A DNA stretch of 64,000 bases, taken from positions 5,485-69,484 of IMG/VR virus record IMGVR_UViG_2724679537_000002, one strand, 5' to 3'. The notes under the pieces are model-generated. The model did no database searches. It saw nothing but the letters and a program-made list of their open reading frames with translations, and was not told the DNA's origin. Both the position numbers and the translations under genes were made by a program. The stretch is from a virus. Taxonomy: Duplodnaviria; Caudoviricetes. This document shows, piece after piece, positions 19,340-28,538 of the stretch (positions within the stretch are counted from its first letter, which is position 1; every line of letters begins with the position of its first letter).

Positions 19340-19819
19340 TTAGGCCGCCGCGAGCTCGGCGAGCTGCTGGCGGGCGTCTTCCACGGCTTCCCTGAGGGCG
19401 TCGCGCTTCTCCTCGAGGCGCTTCTCCATACGTGGCGCCGCCGTCTTCATGCGCTTGGGCAGTTGCACCTTGGCCTTGGCCAGACGCTTCTGGAAGGCGG
19501 TCCGGCCCCGGTCCATGGCCTGCACGATCTCACCGATGGCCTTGGCGTGGTCGTCCTGGTGGCGCATCGGCATGACCTTGCGGTTGAGCATGACCTGAAA
19601 GATGTCGCCCGGGCGCTTGATACGCAGCTTGACCACCTGACTATCGGAGAAGGTCAGGCTGATTTCGCGGTAGCTGACGCCGCTGGTGCGCTTGATGCGG
19701 GAGTCGACGTCGACACTCACCGGAGTGGTGCCCGCGCGTTTAAAATACTTTTCGAGCTCTTTGACAGCCTTATCCTTGCGGGTCAGGTCGTCGAAGGAGA
19801 ATAGGAGATTGGCAGCCAT
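19340..19819 (-). CDS. Hdf-like (DarA N-terminal homolog) protein
   Basis: 159 aa; KRTSGVSYREISLTFSDSQ...GDIFQVMLN resembles the DarA-N region of 15320-18919. Confidence 0.7.
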   Translation of the reverse strand: MAANLLFSFDDLTRKDKAVKELEKYFKRAGTTPVSVDVDSRIKRTSGVSYREISLTFSDSQVVKLRIKRPGDIFQVMLNRKVMPMRHQDDHAKAIGEIVQAMDRGRTAFQKRLAKAKVQLPKRMKTAAPRMEKRLEEKRDALREAVEDARQQLAELAAA

Positions 19820-19832
19820 GGCGGCCTCCTTG

Positions 19833-20303
19833 TCAGTTCAGGTTGATCATGCTGGCCAGCTGCGAGATATCGTCTGGCGTCAGGGTGATGGAGGAGCTGC
19901 CCACCTGCAGGGTGATGCTGTCCTTGGCGGTCACGTGCACCAGACCGCCGGAGTTCAGGCGCATCTCGACATCGGAGAGCAGCTGTATGTTCTCCTTGTG
20001 CCAGCGCCGCCAGCCGACGGAGTTTCCGGTCGTCGGATTCCGCCAGCCGGTGATCAGCGGGTAGCGCGGGTCGCCCTGTATGAACTCCACCCACACCTTG
20101 TCGCCGGCCAGCACCTCAATCTCGGTCATGGTCTCGTGCCGAGACTTATCTCCGATGGGGTACTCGATCTCGGCGATCAGTCCGCCCTCGGCGCCATCGG
20201 TGATGCCCGGAATGCTGACCTCGCAGGTGCGAGTGTCGCCGTCGTAGGACGTGATCACCGCCGGCCACTTACCGGCCAGCAGGCCGCCTCCGGTCGCGCT
20301 CAT
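19833..20303 (-). CDS. Baseplate central spike (gpV/gp5-like, OB fold)
   Basis: GDKVWVEFIQGDPRYPLI motif; ATGA overlap with upstream gene. Confidence 0.8.
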   Translation of the reverse strand: MSATGGGLLAGKWPAVITSYDGDTRTCEVSIPGITDGAEGGLIAEIEYPIGDKSRHETMTEIEVLAGDKVWVEFIQGDPRYPLITGWRNPTTGNSVGWRRWHKENIQLLSDVEMRLNSGGLVHVTAKDSITLQVGSSSITLTPDDISQLASMINLN

Positions 20304-21199
20304 CGCTCCCACCTCCCCAGCCATACGCGGGTGAATTGCTCTGGGGCGTCACCGTCCGCCCCGGGCGCGAACAGGGTGGCTACCGTCATGGCCACCAGCG
20401 GCTCCCCGCCGACGACCTTGATCAGGTCACCGGCGGCGATCTTCTGTGTGTACTTCAGGCGCGTGACCTTGGTCAGCACCAGGCAGCCCGTCATGTTGCG
20501 CAGCGTCATCGCGTTAGCGCCGGGCTGGAAGCGCGCGGCGCGCGGCTTGCCGCGATTGCCATACACGAACTCGCCATCGGCATTCAGGCTGTAGAACCAC
20601 GGGATGTCGTGGCGCTCCAGGAAGCCGGACTCTACGTCATCGGAGGCAGAGTCGACGATGGTGTCCACCGGCTCCTGGTCGAACAGCGAGCCCAGCGGGA
20701 TGAATGCCAGACGGCCGTTTCGCCACCTGACGACGCCGCCCGCTTCCTGCAGGGCGCGGGCGATGTGATAGGTGTGGGCCTCGCCGGCTAGGCAGACGAA
20801 GCGCGGTACCGCGAAGTCGCCCTCGATGCCGCGCAGCGTGGCCCCGCACGCGCGGTAGACCTCGGCCAGGGTGGCACCGTGCTTGATTACCGCCCGGGGC
20901 TTGATGAACGCCACCGGCGTCACCGGCTTCAGGGTGGCGATCAGCCGCACATAGCCGGACATGTCGTCGCCCTGCATGCGCGCCTGCTGAACGTGCTCGG
21001 ACTTGATGATCTCCAGCTCGTCACCGTCATAGGTGGTAATCGAGCGCCCGACCTCGAAGAGCTGGGCGGTCTCGGTACCGACGCGGATCTCGGCTTCCAG
21101 GGTGAGCGGTATCGGCACCAGGTCGGAGCGCAGCACCGCCCGGCGAATGAAGTCGCCGCGGATGCGCTGGTCGCCGTTCTCGCCGAAATACAGCTCCAT
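20300..21199 (-). CDS. Baseplate hub protein
   Basis: 299 aa immediately upstream of spike; VLRSDLVPIPLTLE. Confidence 0.6.
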   Translation of the reverse strand: MELYFGENGDQRIRGDFIRRAVLRSDLVPIPLTLEAEIRVGTETAQLFEVGRSITTYDGDELEIIKSEHVQQARMQGDDMSGYVRLIATLKPVTPVAFIKPRAVIKHGATLAEVYRACGATLRGIEGDFAVPRFVCLAGEAHTYHIARALQEAGGVVRWRNGRLAFIPLGSLFDQEPVDTIVDSASDDVESGFLERHDIPWFYSLNADGEFVYGNRGKPRAARFQPGANAMTLRNMTGCLVLTKVTRLKYTQKIAAGDLIKVVGGEPLVAMTVATLFAPGADGDAPEQFTRVWLGRWER

Positions 21200-21209
21200 G
21201 TCCTACCCC

Positions 21210-21587
21210 CTAGATCGTGATGACCGGGTGATAGAAGACGCGACGCGGCAGCTCGGCCTCCATCTGGGCAATCTCGCCGCCCACCTCGGAGCTGGAGCGC
21301 CCGAAGCCGCCGCCGGCGCTGAGGATGCCGGTCGCCTCCAGCTGTAGCGCGTTCTCGCGCTCGACGTAGAGCACGAACAGCGGGCGAATCTCCGCCCACT
21401 CGGACACCGTGACGTCCAGGGTGTCGTCGATCTCCGCGCCGTCGACCAGGTGCGTGAGCTCGGCGAAGCCGGCGTAGTACGACACCGCCGCCACGGCCAG
21501 AGCCGTGACGGATTCGGGTGGCAAGATGTTGGCGGCCCCACGTTCGTTCTCGACGAACCGGGCCACCAGGTTCGCCAGGATGGCCAT
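21210..21587 (-). CDS. Virion structural protein (possible neck/adaptor)
   Basis: 125 aa, coupled to the tube gene. Confidence 0.5.
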   Translation of the reverse strand: MAILANLVARFVENERGAANILPPESVTALAVAAVSYYAGFAELTHLVDGAEIDDTLDVTVSEWAEIRPLFVLYVERENALQLEATGILSAGGGFGRSSSEVGGEIAQMEAELPRRVFYHPVITI

Positions 21588-22087
21588 CAGCGATAATCCG
21601 CGCTATTGCCTTCCACGATCTCACCGAAGTAGTGGAAGAACATGGTGCCGCTGAAGGTCAGGACCTGGCTGCGGTTCTCCCAGTCGCGATCGGGATCATC
21701 AATCTGCAGGAAGGCATCGGTAATACGCTTGTAGCGCAGGTAGCGCTCTGGCGTGCCCTCGTAAATCTTGGCGTTGAAGGTGCCGCCGTTGGTGATGATG
21801 TCAACCAGCATCTGGTCGATGCTACCGGCCGTCACCTCCATAAAGGTCACCTGGCCCTGGTGGTTGACGCGGATCTGCTGCGGCTCGAACAAAGCGGCGC
21901 CCAGCGGCGACGGCACCTCGATCTCGCCTTGCACGGCCACGTCCGGCCACGGGCACTGCCGGGCCAGCAGGTAGTTCTGCTCGAAGCCCTCGATCTCGAA
22001 GGTGAAGTCGGAGTTCACGACCTTCTGGCCCATGGCCTTGGTCTGGTCGTAGAAGCCCTTCAGGTAAGAGGCATTGGATACGGTCAT
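21587..22087 (-). CDS. Tail tube protein (P1 BplB-like)
   Basis: 166 aa beta-rich; size and own late promoter fit an abundant tube protein. Confidence 0.65.
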   Translation of the reverse strand: MTVSNASYLKGFYDQTKAMGQKVVNSDFTFEIEGFEQNYLLARQCPWPDVAVQGEIEVPSPLGAALFEPQQIRVNHQGQVTFMEVTAGSIDQMLVDIITNGGTFNAKIYEGTPERYLRYKRITDAFLQIDDPDRDWENRSQVLTFSGTMFFHYFGEIVEGNSADYR

Positions 22088-22159
22088 GGCGAAGCTCTCA
22101 TTGGGTCAACGGAGGTCGGATTACGACACAGCCATGGCGCACCATGGCCTTGAGATGTC

Positions 22160-22200
22160 AGCGTATCGCCGCCCCATCCTCCGAGACTGAGAGATTTTCC
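22160..22200 (-). promoter_or_regulatory. Putative late promoter GGAAAA-N29-TACGCT
   Basis: Upstream of tail tube. Confidence 0.7.
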
Positions 22201-22237
22201 TGCAGCCACACCTTCACGTTGGCGCGCTCAGGGAATC

Positions 22238-22492
22238 TCAGTGAGTCGTGCGGATGATGGCCTCCAGGTGCCGAACATGGCCCTGCAGGGTGGCGTCGCG
22301 CGCGGCCAGGGCTTCATAGGCGTCATCGGGCAGGCACGCCATGGCGTCGGCCGGGATGCGCGGCAGCGCGGGCCGGTCGGGTACCGGCAGCGGTTCCTGC
22401 ACGAAGACGGTCTCAGTCCTCGTGGCGCATCCAGCCATCAGCAAAATGGTCGCGCCGACCGCTGCGCGCTTCAGTGCGGACTTGCTCGACAT
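22238..22492 (-). CDS. o-spanin (Rz1-like lipoprotein)
   Basis: Lipobox LLMAGC followed by Pro-rich mature part; overlaps the i-spanin gene. Confidence 0.8.
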   Translation of the reverse strand: MSSKSALKRAAVGATILLMAGCATRTETVFVQEPLPVPDRPALPRIPADAMACLPDDAYEALAARDATLQGHVRHLEAIIRTTH

Positions 22493-22706
22493 GGCGCTCC
22501 TCCTCCTCCTTGGCCTCAGCGCTGGCCGTGTCGGCGGCCTGGCGCTGGGCGATGCGTTGTTCGGCGGTATCGGCCCGGCGGGCCTGGCGGTCGGCACGCT
22601 GGCTGGCGTTGTCGCGTTGTCGTTGGGCGTTCTGCAGCAGGAAGCCCAGCACGGCGGCGGTCAGCCCCAGGGCACCAGCGACGATCTTCCATAGGCGGCT
22701 CATCAC
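22413..22706 (-). CDS. i-spanin (Rz-like)
   Basis: N-terminal TM helix followed by coiled coil. Confidence 0.75.
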   Translation of the reverse strand: MMSRLWKIVAGALGLTAAVLGFLLQNAQRQRDNASQRADRQARRADTAEQRIAQRQAADTASAEAKEEEERHVEQVRTEARSGRRDHFADGWMRHED

Positions 22707-22984
22707 GTGCGACCCTCCCGGTTGCCCAGCATGGCCAGGCCGCTATCCGCCATGTAGCCGGCGGCAAAGGCCCCCATCGCGGTCACCTGGCCGCTGTCGA
22801 TCATGAAACCCATGGCTACGGCACTGCCGGCCATGCCCAGCGCCGTTCGGTAGCGCCGACCCTTCACGTAGTCGACGACCCCCACGTCCTGCCCGCCCGC
22901 GCGCGCCTCGACGACGCGCTTCAACAGGTGCACCAGGTGGCCAAGCATGGCCATGGCAATCCCGATGACGATCTCGAGCATCAT
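22703..22984 (-). CDS. Holin-like membrane protein
   Basis: 93 aa, 2-3 TM segments, in lysis cassette. Confidence 0.6.
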   Translation of the reverse strand: MMLEIVIGIAMAMLGHLVHLLKRVVEARAGGQDVGVVDYVKGRRYRTALGMAGSAVAMGFMIDSGQVTAMGAFAAGYMADSGLAMLGNREGRT

Positions 22985-23661
22985 GCAAGCCTCCCGCCCT
23001 GTTGCTGGTAGTAGGCCAGCAGGTCATCGGCAGCCACTTCACGCTGGCCGTAGCCCGCGCCCGGGAAGGAGGCCCAGATGTTGGCGCACTTGCGGATGGC
23101 GTCGCTGATACGCCCGGCCAGCACGTCGTCATAGGCACGGCGCTCCCGGATCTGCTGGACGGCGTAGCGGTCCTGTGATGCCGGGCCGAAGTCGGGCAGG
23201 CCGAGCTGCGCCTGGTAGTGCTTCCAGTAGCGGTGCAGGATCTGGTACCGGCCGGCCGCCGTGGAGTAGATGCCATAGGCCGGCAGCCAAACTCGCTTGT
23301 TGGGGTGGTCGCTGAAGTCGGTGAACAGCTCTCCGCCGACAATCACGTCGTAGCCATCCTGGTTCCCGTAGCGGTCAGTGCCCTCGGCATGGGCGATCAT
23401 GTCCAGGAAGGCACGCAGATTGGCCTCGCCTTGCCCGGGGAGCGGCTGTTCCGGAGCGGCGCCCAGCGCCCCGCGCGTGGCGGGGCCGACCAGGCCGTCA
23501 GGCGTCAGCCCCCGGCTGCGCTGGAAGGCTTTGACCGCCCGCTCGGTGGCAGGGCCGAACACGCCGTCATCGACGAGCCCGGCACCGGCCTGGCGATTGA
23601 GTTCTTGTTGCAGGGCGCGCACGGCCTCGCCGCGGCTACCTCGTCTCAGTAGTGCCGTCAT
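22981..23661 (-). CDS. Endolysin: peptidoglycan-binding domain plus lambda R-type lysozyme/transglycosylase
   Basis: LRRGSRGEAVRALQ...DGVFGPAT...DGLVGPAT; AFLDMIAHAEGT, STAAGRYQ, WASFPG. Confidence 0.92.
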   Translation of the reverse strand: MTALLRRGSRGEAVRALQQELNRQAGAGLVDDGVFGPATERAVKAFQRSRGLTPDGLVGPATRGALGAAPEQPLPGQGEANLRAFLDMIAHAEGTDRYGNQDGYDVIVGGELFTDFSDHPNKRVWLPAYGIYSTAAGRYQILHRYWKHYQAQLGLPDFGPASQDRYAVQQIRERRAYDDVLAGRISDAIRKCANIWASFPGAGYGQREVAADDLLAYYQQQGGRLA

Positions 23662-23944
23662 AGGACATCCTCATCAGGGTGGCGACATTGCCCCGCGCAC
23701 GCAGCGTCAGGACGCAGAACAGGATGGCGAGCACGGCCTGGAACAGGCTCACCTCGGGCTTGAAAAACACGACTTCGAGGCCGGCGCACAGCAGGGTGCC
23801 AATCAACACGCTGGCCAGTAGCGACACGCACGGCTTGTAGCGGCGCGCGCCGCGCCGGAAGGCGGCCAGTCGCACGGCTGCAATGAAGTAACTGCAGGCC
23901 GCCACGACGGGCACGATGTTATGGATAACGCCTGTCTCAGCCAT
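23636..23944 (-). CDS. Phage holin family protein
   Basis: 102 aa, 3 TM segments, C-terminal RGNVA motif. Confidence 0.75.
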   Translation of the reverse strand: MAETGVIHNIVPVVAACSYFIAAVRLAAFRRGARRYKPCVSLLASVLIGTLLCAGLEVVFFKPEVSLFQAVLAILFCVLTLRARGNVATLMRMSYDGTTETR

Positions 23945-23953
23945 TGCTTCGCC

Positions 23954-24307
23954 TCACTTGCCTTTGCGGCGGTCAAGCCACGTCGCGAGGTCGAACCTTT
24001 CGACGTGCTGGATGAGTTTCAGCGACAGCGGGACGATCACGATGGCGCCGATGAAGCCGCCGGCCCCGTCATGGGTGACCGGGGTCTGAGCGACGATCTC
24101 GGGCGTCATCAGATAGCCGCACAGGGCGGAGAACAGCAGCGCGCCGATGCGCTGCCAGGCCCGAAGGTCGGTCTTGGTGTAAGCCACCAGGCCGGCCCCC
24201 AGGGCGGCCCCCATCAGGGAGCTGGCGTTGATCCAGGGCAGCAGGGCCGCCAGCCCGATACCGGTCGCTGTCGCTGCCGCCGCTGCGCTGGTCGTTGGTT
24301 CTGCCAC
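23954..24307 (-). CDS. Putative holin
   Basis: GTG start after GAGGAGGG; AEPTTSAAAA...GAALGA, multiple TMs, basic C-terminus. Confidence 0.7.
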   Translation of the reverse strand: MAEPTTSAAAAATATGIGLAALLPWINASSLMGAALGAGLVAYTKTDLRAWQRIGALLFSALCGYLMTPEIVAQTPVTHDGAGGFIGAIVIVPLSLKLIQHVERFDLATWLDRRKGK

Positions 24308-24349
24308 ATCGCCCTCCTCATTGCGCATGGCCGGACACCTCGCGACGCC

Positions 24350-24628
24350 CTACCGACGCCCCAGTGATGCCACCGTCTTCACGATTGCGCCGCAGGCGCG
24401 AATCACACCGTTGAGCCGGTCGTTCACGGCTGCCTGCAGCTTCAGTTCCTGCTCTTTGCCCTTGCGCCACTCGGCGTAGGCCTTGCCCTCGAAGAAGGCC
24501 TCGGCCTCGCTGTGCGTCATGCGTAGCGCCTCGGGCAGCGATGTCGACGAATATAGGGTCAGGCTATGGGCCAGCAGCCGCTGGTTTTCCGCCCAGGTAT
24601 CGCGCGAGCTCGGTGATGCAGGAGCCAA
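24350..24628 (-). CDS. Tail assembly chaperone C-terminal ORF (start uncertain: frameshift product or ATG 24520)
   Basis: Overlaps the end of 24564-25322 in the +1 frame. Confidence 0.5.
   Translation of the reverse strand: MAPASPSSRDTWAENQRLLAHSLTLYSSTSLPEALRMTHSEAEAFFEGKAYAEWRKGKEQELKLQAAVNDRLNGVIRACGAIVKTVASLGRR
24550..24590 (-). promoter_or_regulatory. Putative late promoter GGAAAA-N29-TATATT
   Basis: Intragenic, upstream of lysis cassette. Confidence 0.55.
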
Positions 24629-25322
24629 CTGGAAATCGCGCCGGCGGCTTTTCAGCCGCGCTATCCTCCCTTGGCAGGGCCATCAGGCCGTGCTCGTCGG
24701 CTTCCAACAGGAATAGGTGGTCGAGCTCGTGTCGGGCAGCCTCGAAGGCGTCCAACAGCTGCACGAAGGCGCTCTCCGGGTAGTTGGCGATGACCCGCAT
24801 GCGCTCGATCAAGGCGGCGTCGACGTCGCCGGCAGATGGCACGGCGTCGCCGTTGACGATGAGTTGGGCCGCCATGCGCCCGATACGCCAGTGCGCGTGA
24901 CCGGACACGCCGGGCAGCTCGCCCTGCAGACGCTCGATGGCGCCGGCCAGAGCCCCAGTCAGGTGGCGCGCCTCCCAGCGGTCGCCCTCGATGGTGCCGA
25001 CCTCGACATGCTCGCTGGGGTAGTCCTGCTCGCCCAACAGGTAGTCGGAGAAGTTGGCCTTGCCGCCGGCTAGGCTGAAGTCAGGGCCGTCGTCCAGGGT
25101 CGACGCCATGTAGTGGCAGACGGCCATGGTGCGCTCCTGCACCGTCCAGTCCTCGGGGTTCTCCACCCCTTGCACGTCGTCGACGGCGGAGCGAAGGAAG
25201 GCGGTCGTGGCCTCCTCGTTGAGGTGCGGCGGTATTGCCGCCAGGGCGATGGCATCGATCATCGCCAACTCCCTCATGCGCACCGTCAGGCGTCGGGTGC
25301 GCAGCACCGGGAAGTGGATCAT
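24564..25322 (-). CDS. Tail/baseplate hub assembly chaperone-like protein
   Basis: 252 aa; WTVQERTMAVCHY; position in tail operon. Confidence 0.5.
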   Translation of the reverse strand: MIHFPVLRTRRLTVRMRELAMIDAIALAAIPPHLNEEATTAFLRSAVDDVQGVENPEDWTVQERTMAVCHYMASTLDDGPDFSLAGGKANFSDYLLGEQDYPSEHVEVGTIEGDRWEARHLTGALAGAIERLQGELPGVSGHAHWRIGRMAAQLIVNGDAVPSAGDVDAALIERMRVIANYPESAFVQLLDAFEAARHELDHLFLLEADEHGLMALPREDSAAEKPPARFPVGSCITELARYLGGKPAAAGP

Positions 25323-26080
25323 TGCGAGTCTCCTTTCATGGCGTCCCAGTCATGACGATCGATGGCGGTCAGCGTGCTGAACGTCACCGGCAACTGGAGC
25401 TGGATGAAGCGGCCGAACTTGTCGGAGGGGGAATTGAGCGGTACGCCGATGCTCTCGACGACCATCGGGGCATAGGTGCGCCCCTTGTAGCGGATGGCCA
25501 GCAGGGTCGGCGCCGCCGACGGCATGGCGGCCTCGACGAAGCCGTTCACGTCGCGCTCGCCCTGCTGGTACCAGTCCAGGGCCGCGGTCAGCAGCGTGCC
25601 CTCGGGGGCCAGGTACTGGGGCAGCACCCAACGCATGATCTGGTCCAGCGGCTCCTCGACCTCGGCGCTGGGGTCTCGCCAGGCGCGCAGCATGATCGTG
25701 GCCTGGAGGCGGACAGGCGGCATACCGCTGAACACCTGAGTGGAGTTCAGCTTGGTGATGCCCGTTCGCCCGCGCGCGGTCTCGCTGACTTCCTTGGTGG
25801 CATTTCCCGCGCCCTCGCCCAGGCGCTCGGCAATCGGCTGAATGGCCCCGCTTTGCAGCATGGCGGCCAGCGTCGGCGCCCTGGCCTCGGGGCCGGCGCC
25901 GTCAAATGGCGACTGCCAGTTGAAGGTCGCCTCCAGATTGGCGTCGTCGACGAACAGGCAGCGCACGCGCGCGCTCTCGTCCAGCGGCTCGCCCTTGTGG
26001 TCGACCTCGTAGATAGTCGCCACCAGGTGCGGATTGATGCCGTCCCACAGCGGGCCCAGGCCGGTAAATGGCAGCACCAT
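25319..26080 (-). CDS. Tail tube initiator-like protein (PmgG-like)
   Basis: 253 aa; NWQSPF, STQVFSGMPP, PMVVESI motifs of tube-fold baseplate proteins. Confidence 0.55.
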   Translation of the reverse strand: MVLPFTGLGPLWDGINPHLVATIYEVDHKGEPLDESARVRCLFVDDANLEATFNWQSPFDGAGPEARAPTLAAMLQSGAIQPIAERLGEGAGNATKEVSETARGRTGITKLNSTQVFSGMPPVRLQATIMLRAWRDPSAEVEEPLDQIMRWVLPQYLAPEGTLLTAALDWYQQGERDVNGFVEAAMPSAAPTLLAIRYKGRTYAPMVVESIGVPLNSPSDKFGRFIQLQLPVTFSTLTAIDRHDWDAMKGDSQ

Positions 26081-26096
26081 GTCAGACTCCCGTCAG

Positions 26097-26119
26097 AAAA
26101 AAGGCGGCCACTGGCCGCC
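26097..26119 (-). terminator. Rho-independent terminator
   Basis: Minus strand GGCGGCC-AGT-GGCCGCC followed by TTTTTT. Confidence 0.8.
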
Positions 26120-26141
26120 AAACGCCCCACCCATCATCTGG

Positions 26142-26855
26142 TTACATGCCCGCGCGGCGACGCACCTTCATCGACTTCAGGCGACGCGCCTTGGCCCGCG
26201 GGCTGTGCGCCTTCCGGCGCGCCTTGCGGATGGCCAACTTCTGCTTGCCGGACAGCCGCACGTTGCCGGAAACGCGCTTGTTGACACGCTTCTTCTTGCC
26301 GCCTCGCACCACGGTGCGCTTGCGGTAGGCGGCGTCGAAGATCGCCTCCTGGTCGGCCTCGTCGAAGGTGAAGTCGTCGATGGCGTCGAAGGCGGCGTCC
26401 CCGTCGGGCAGCGCGGCGGCCACGGCGTCGCGGATGCGCTCGGCGGCCTCGTCGTCCCAGTCGTCCAGCAGCAGGGCGATATCCTCGTCATCGATCCCCA
26501 GGGCGGACAGGTAGTCCCAGGCCGCCTCACGGGCGACGTCGACCACCTCGTTCTCGTCCTCGTCGAGCTCGCCATCCTGGTTGTCGTCGGCAATGCCGAC
26601 CATCATGGCCAGCAGCCGGTCGGCGCTGCTCTCGCCATCGTCCAGGTCGTCCTCCTCGATCCACTGCTGGATGACGGCAACCGCATCCATGCGCAGGCTC
26701 ATGTGCTCGTACTCGCCGGCGGAGTCGAGCACCGGCTCGCCCGCGTCGTCGAGCACCAGGAAGCGCCGGGGCGCGCCCTCGGACTCGGCGGCGGGCTTGG
26801 GTTCACGCTTCGCGGGATACATCAGCCCGCGGAGCACGTTCTGCAGTTCACTCAT
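26142..26855 (-). CDS. Prohead core-like protein
   Basis: 237 aa; very acidic body and very basic tail (RKARRKAHSPRAKARRLKSMK) reminiscent of T4 gp68-type core proteins. Confidence 0.5.
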   Translation of the reverse strand: MSELQNVLRGLMYPAKREPKPAAESEGAPRRFLVLDDAGEPVLDSAGEYEHMSLRMDAVAVIQQWIEEDDLDDGESSADRLLAMMVGIADDNQDGELDEDENEVVDVAREAAWDYLSALGIDDEDIALLLDDWDDEAAERIRDAVAAALPDGDAAFDAIDDFTFDEADQEAIFDAAYRKRTVVRGGKKKRVNKRVSGNVRLSGKQKLAIRKARRKAHSPRAKARRLKSMKVRRRAGM

Positions 26856-26864
26856 GGTTTCTCC

Positions 26865-28517
26865 TTAGCGGCTCAGCGTCTGGGTCACGTGGATCTGGCG
26901 AGTGGTGCCGTCGTAGCGCAGCCAGTAACGGACATCCATCAGCTCATAGGGCCGCTGCTCGTTGGGCTGCACCTCGAAGCGCCAGGCCGCACCATTCATG
27001 GCTGGATCGTCGGACGGCACCAGCCAACCGGATGCCTGAGCCGCCTCGAAGTGCGTGGTCAGGAAGTCGCGCATCTTCTTGATGGCCACCGACATCGGCA
27101 GCTGCAGGATGTCCTTGCCGAAGCGGGTCACGGCGTCGTCGATGGAGGTCGACATGTCGGCGACGGCGATCAGCTTCTTCAGGCTGGAATCGACCATGGC
27201 GCTGGTCAGCGAGTCGCGGAACACGTAGCGCCCGCCCCCGGAGTAGTTCTCGAAGATCACCGGATTGATCTTTGCCCGAGCCAGGGCGTTGAGCTCCTGG
27301 TTGTTGGGGCTGTAGGTCTGCACGATGCCCTGGCGGCTGACCGGCCACTCGCGGCCGGCAATCGGGTAGTTCTTCGGCGCGAAGCCCTTGGCGTTGACGC
27401 GCGCGTTGCGGCCGCACGCCATGGCGATGTTGAGCGTGGCCGTGCCGAAGTGGCGCTTGCCGTTGATGCCGGTCGGGTCGTTGCTCTTGAGCGGCGCCCA
27501 GAAGGCGTGCAGCAGGTGAGCCTCTTGCTGGCCGCCCAGGTTCATCTGCTCCACGAAGGCGATGGCGCCCTCGACGTCCAGTCCACCGGGCACGTCGATG
27601 CGCAGCTGGCGGTTGGTGTCGAAGGCGAGGCTCGCCAGCTCGGCGATCAGCCCCGGGGCCTCGCTACCGCCGGAGGCGATGTAGGCATAGCCGTGCTGGG
27701 TGCCGTACAGCTGCTCGCGGGCGCGCACGTAGTCGTCGACGGTGTACGCGGTTCCGCCCTCGTCGAAGTAGTCCATGACCGCTGAGGTCGACCACTTCTC
27801 GCGATACATGGCGTCGTAGCCGTAGGCGTCGGAGTCGGGCACGATGCTGGTCGTGGCGCCGGTGATGACCTCCAGGCGGTCGGTACGCGCCTCGATGACG
27901 GTCGGCAGGTAGAAGGAGTTGCCGTTGTCGTCCTTGGCGTCGCGGTCAAGCGAGCCGGTGATCTCGATCAGCTTCTCGCCGTTGGGCTCAAGCAGGCGCA
28001 GGGTGATGACGTCATTGGCGACGCTGACCCCGCCCTCGCGCTTCTCGTCGGCGCGGAACTCGACCATAACGCCATCGTTGAAGCACTCCAGGTGCTTCAC
28101 GGCGAACAGGAAGTCGGTTGCCGGCTCGGTCTCGGAGACGCTGAAGGCAATCTCGCCGGTCGGCTCACTGGACACGTCGTCCAGCACCTCGGTGGCAACG
28201 ACCCAGCTCAGCTTGGCGGTCTCGGAATGCAGGCGGCTCACCACGGCCTCGTAGGCCCCGTTGTCCAGCGCCTCACGGACGTGGGCATAGGCCTCGTTGA
28301 GCTCGTTGTCGCGCATCGGCTCGCCGTGGCCCAGCCGCTGGCGGACGTTGCTGCGGTTGGCTTTGAAGGCACGATCGATACGCCCGCGCGTGGCGCGCAT
28401 GGCGATAGCGAATACCTGGTCTTCATTTCCCGTGGTCGGGATCTCGGAGCTGTCGACCAAGGGGTTCAACTGAACCCCCGATTCGGCCCCGAGCTGTCGA
28501 ACGGATGACACGCTCAT
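26865..28517 (-). CDS. Contractile tail sheath protein
   Basis: 550 aa; ELNALARAKINPV...DSLT sheath-like C-terminal domain. Confidence 0.85.
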   Translation of the reverse strand: MSVSSVRQLGAESGVQLNPLVDSSEIPTTGNEDQVFAIAMRATRGRIDRAFKANRSNVRQRLGHGEPMRDNELNEAYAHVREALDNGAYEAVVSRLHSETAKLSWVVATEVLDDVSSEPTGEIAFSVSETEPATDFLFAVKHLECFNDGVMVEFRADEKREGGVSVANDVITLRLLEPNGEKLIEITGSLDRDAKDDNGNSFYLPTVIEARTDRLEVITGATTSIVPDSDAYGYDAMYREKWSTSAVMDYFDEGGTAYTVDDYVRAREQLYGTQHGYAYIASGGSEAPGLIAELASLAFDTNRQLRIDVPGGLDVEGAIAFVEQMNLGGQQEAHLLHAFWAPLKSNDPTGINGKRHFGTATLNIAMACGRNARVNAKGFAPKNYPIAGREWPVSRQGIVQTYSPNNQELNALARAKINPVIFENYSGGGRYVFRDSLTSAMVDSSLKKLIAVADMSTSIDDAVTRFGKDILQLPMSVAIKKMRDFLTTHFEAAQASGWLVPSDDPAMNGAAWRFEVQPNEQRPYELMDVRYWLRYDGTTRQIHVTQTLSR

Positions 28518-28538
28518 TGGTTGCTACCCCCTTGCTCT

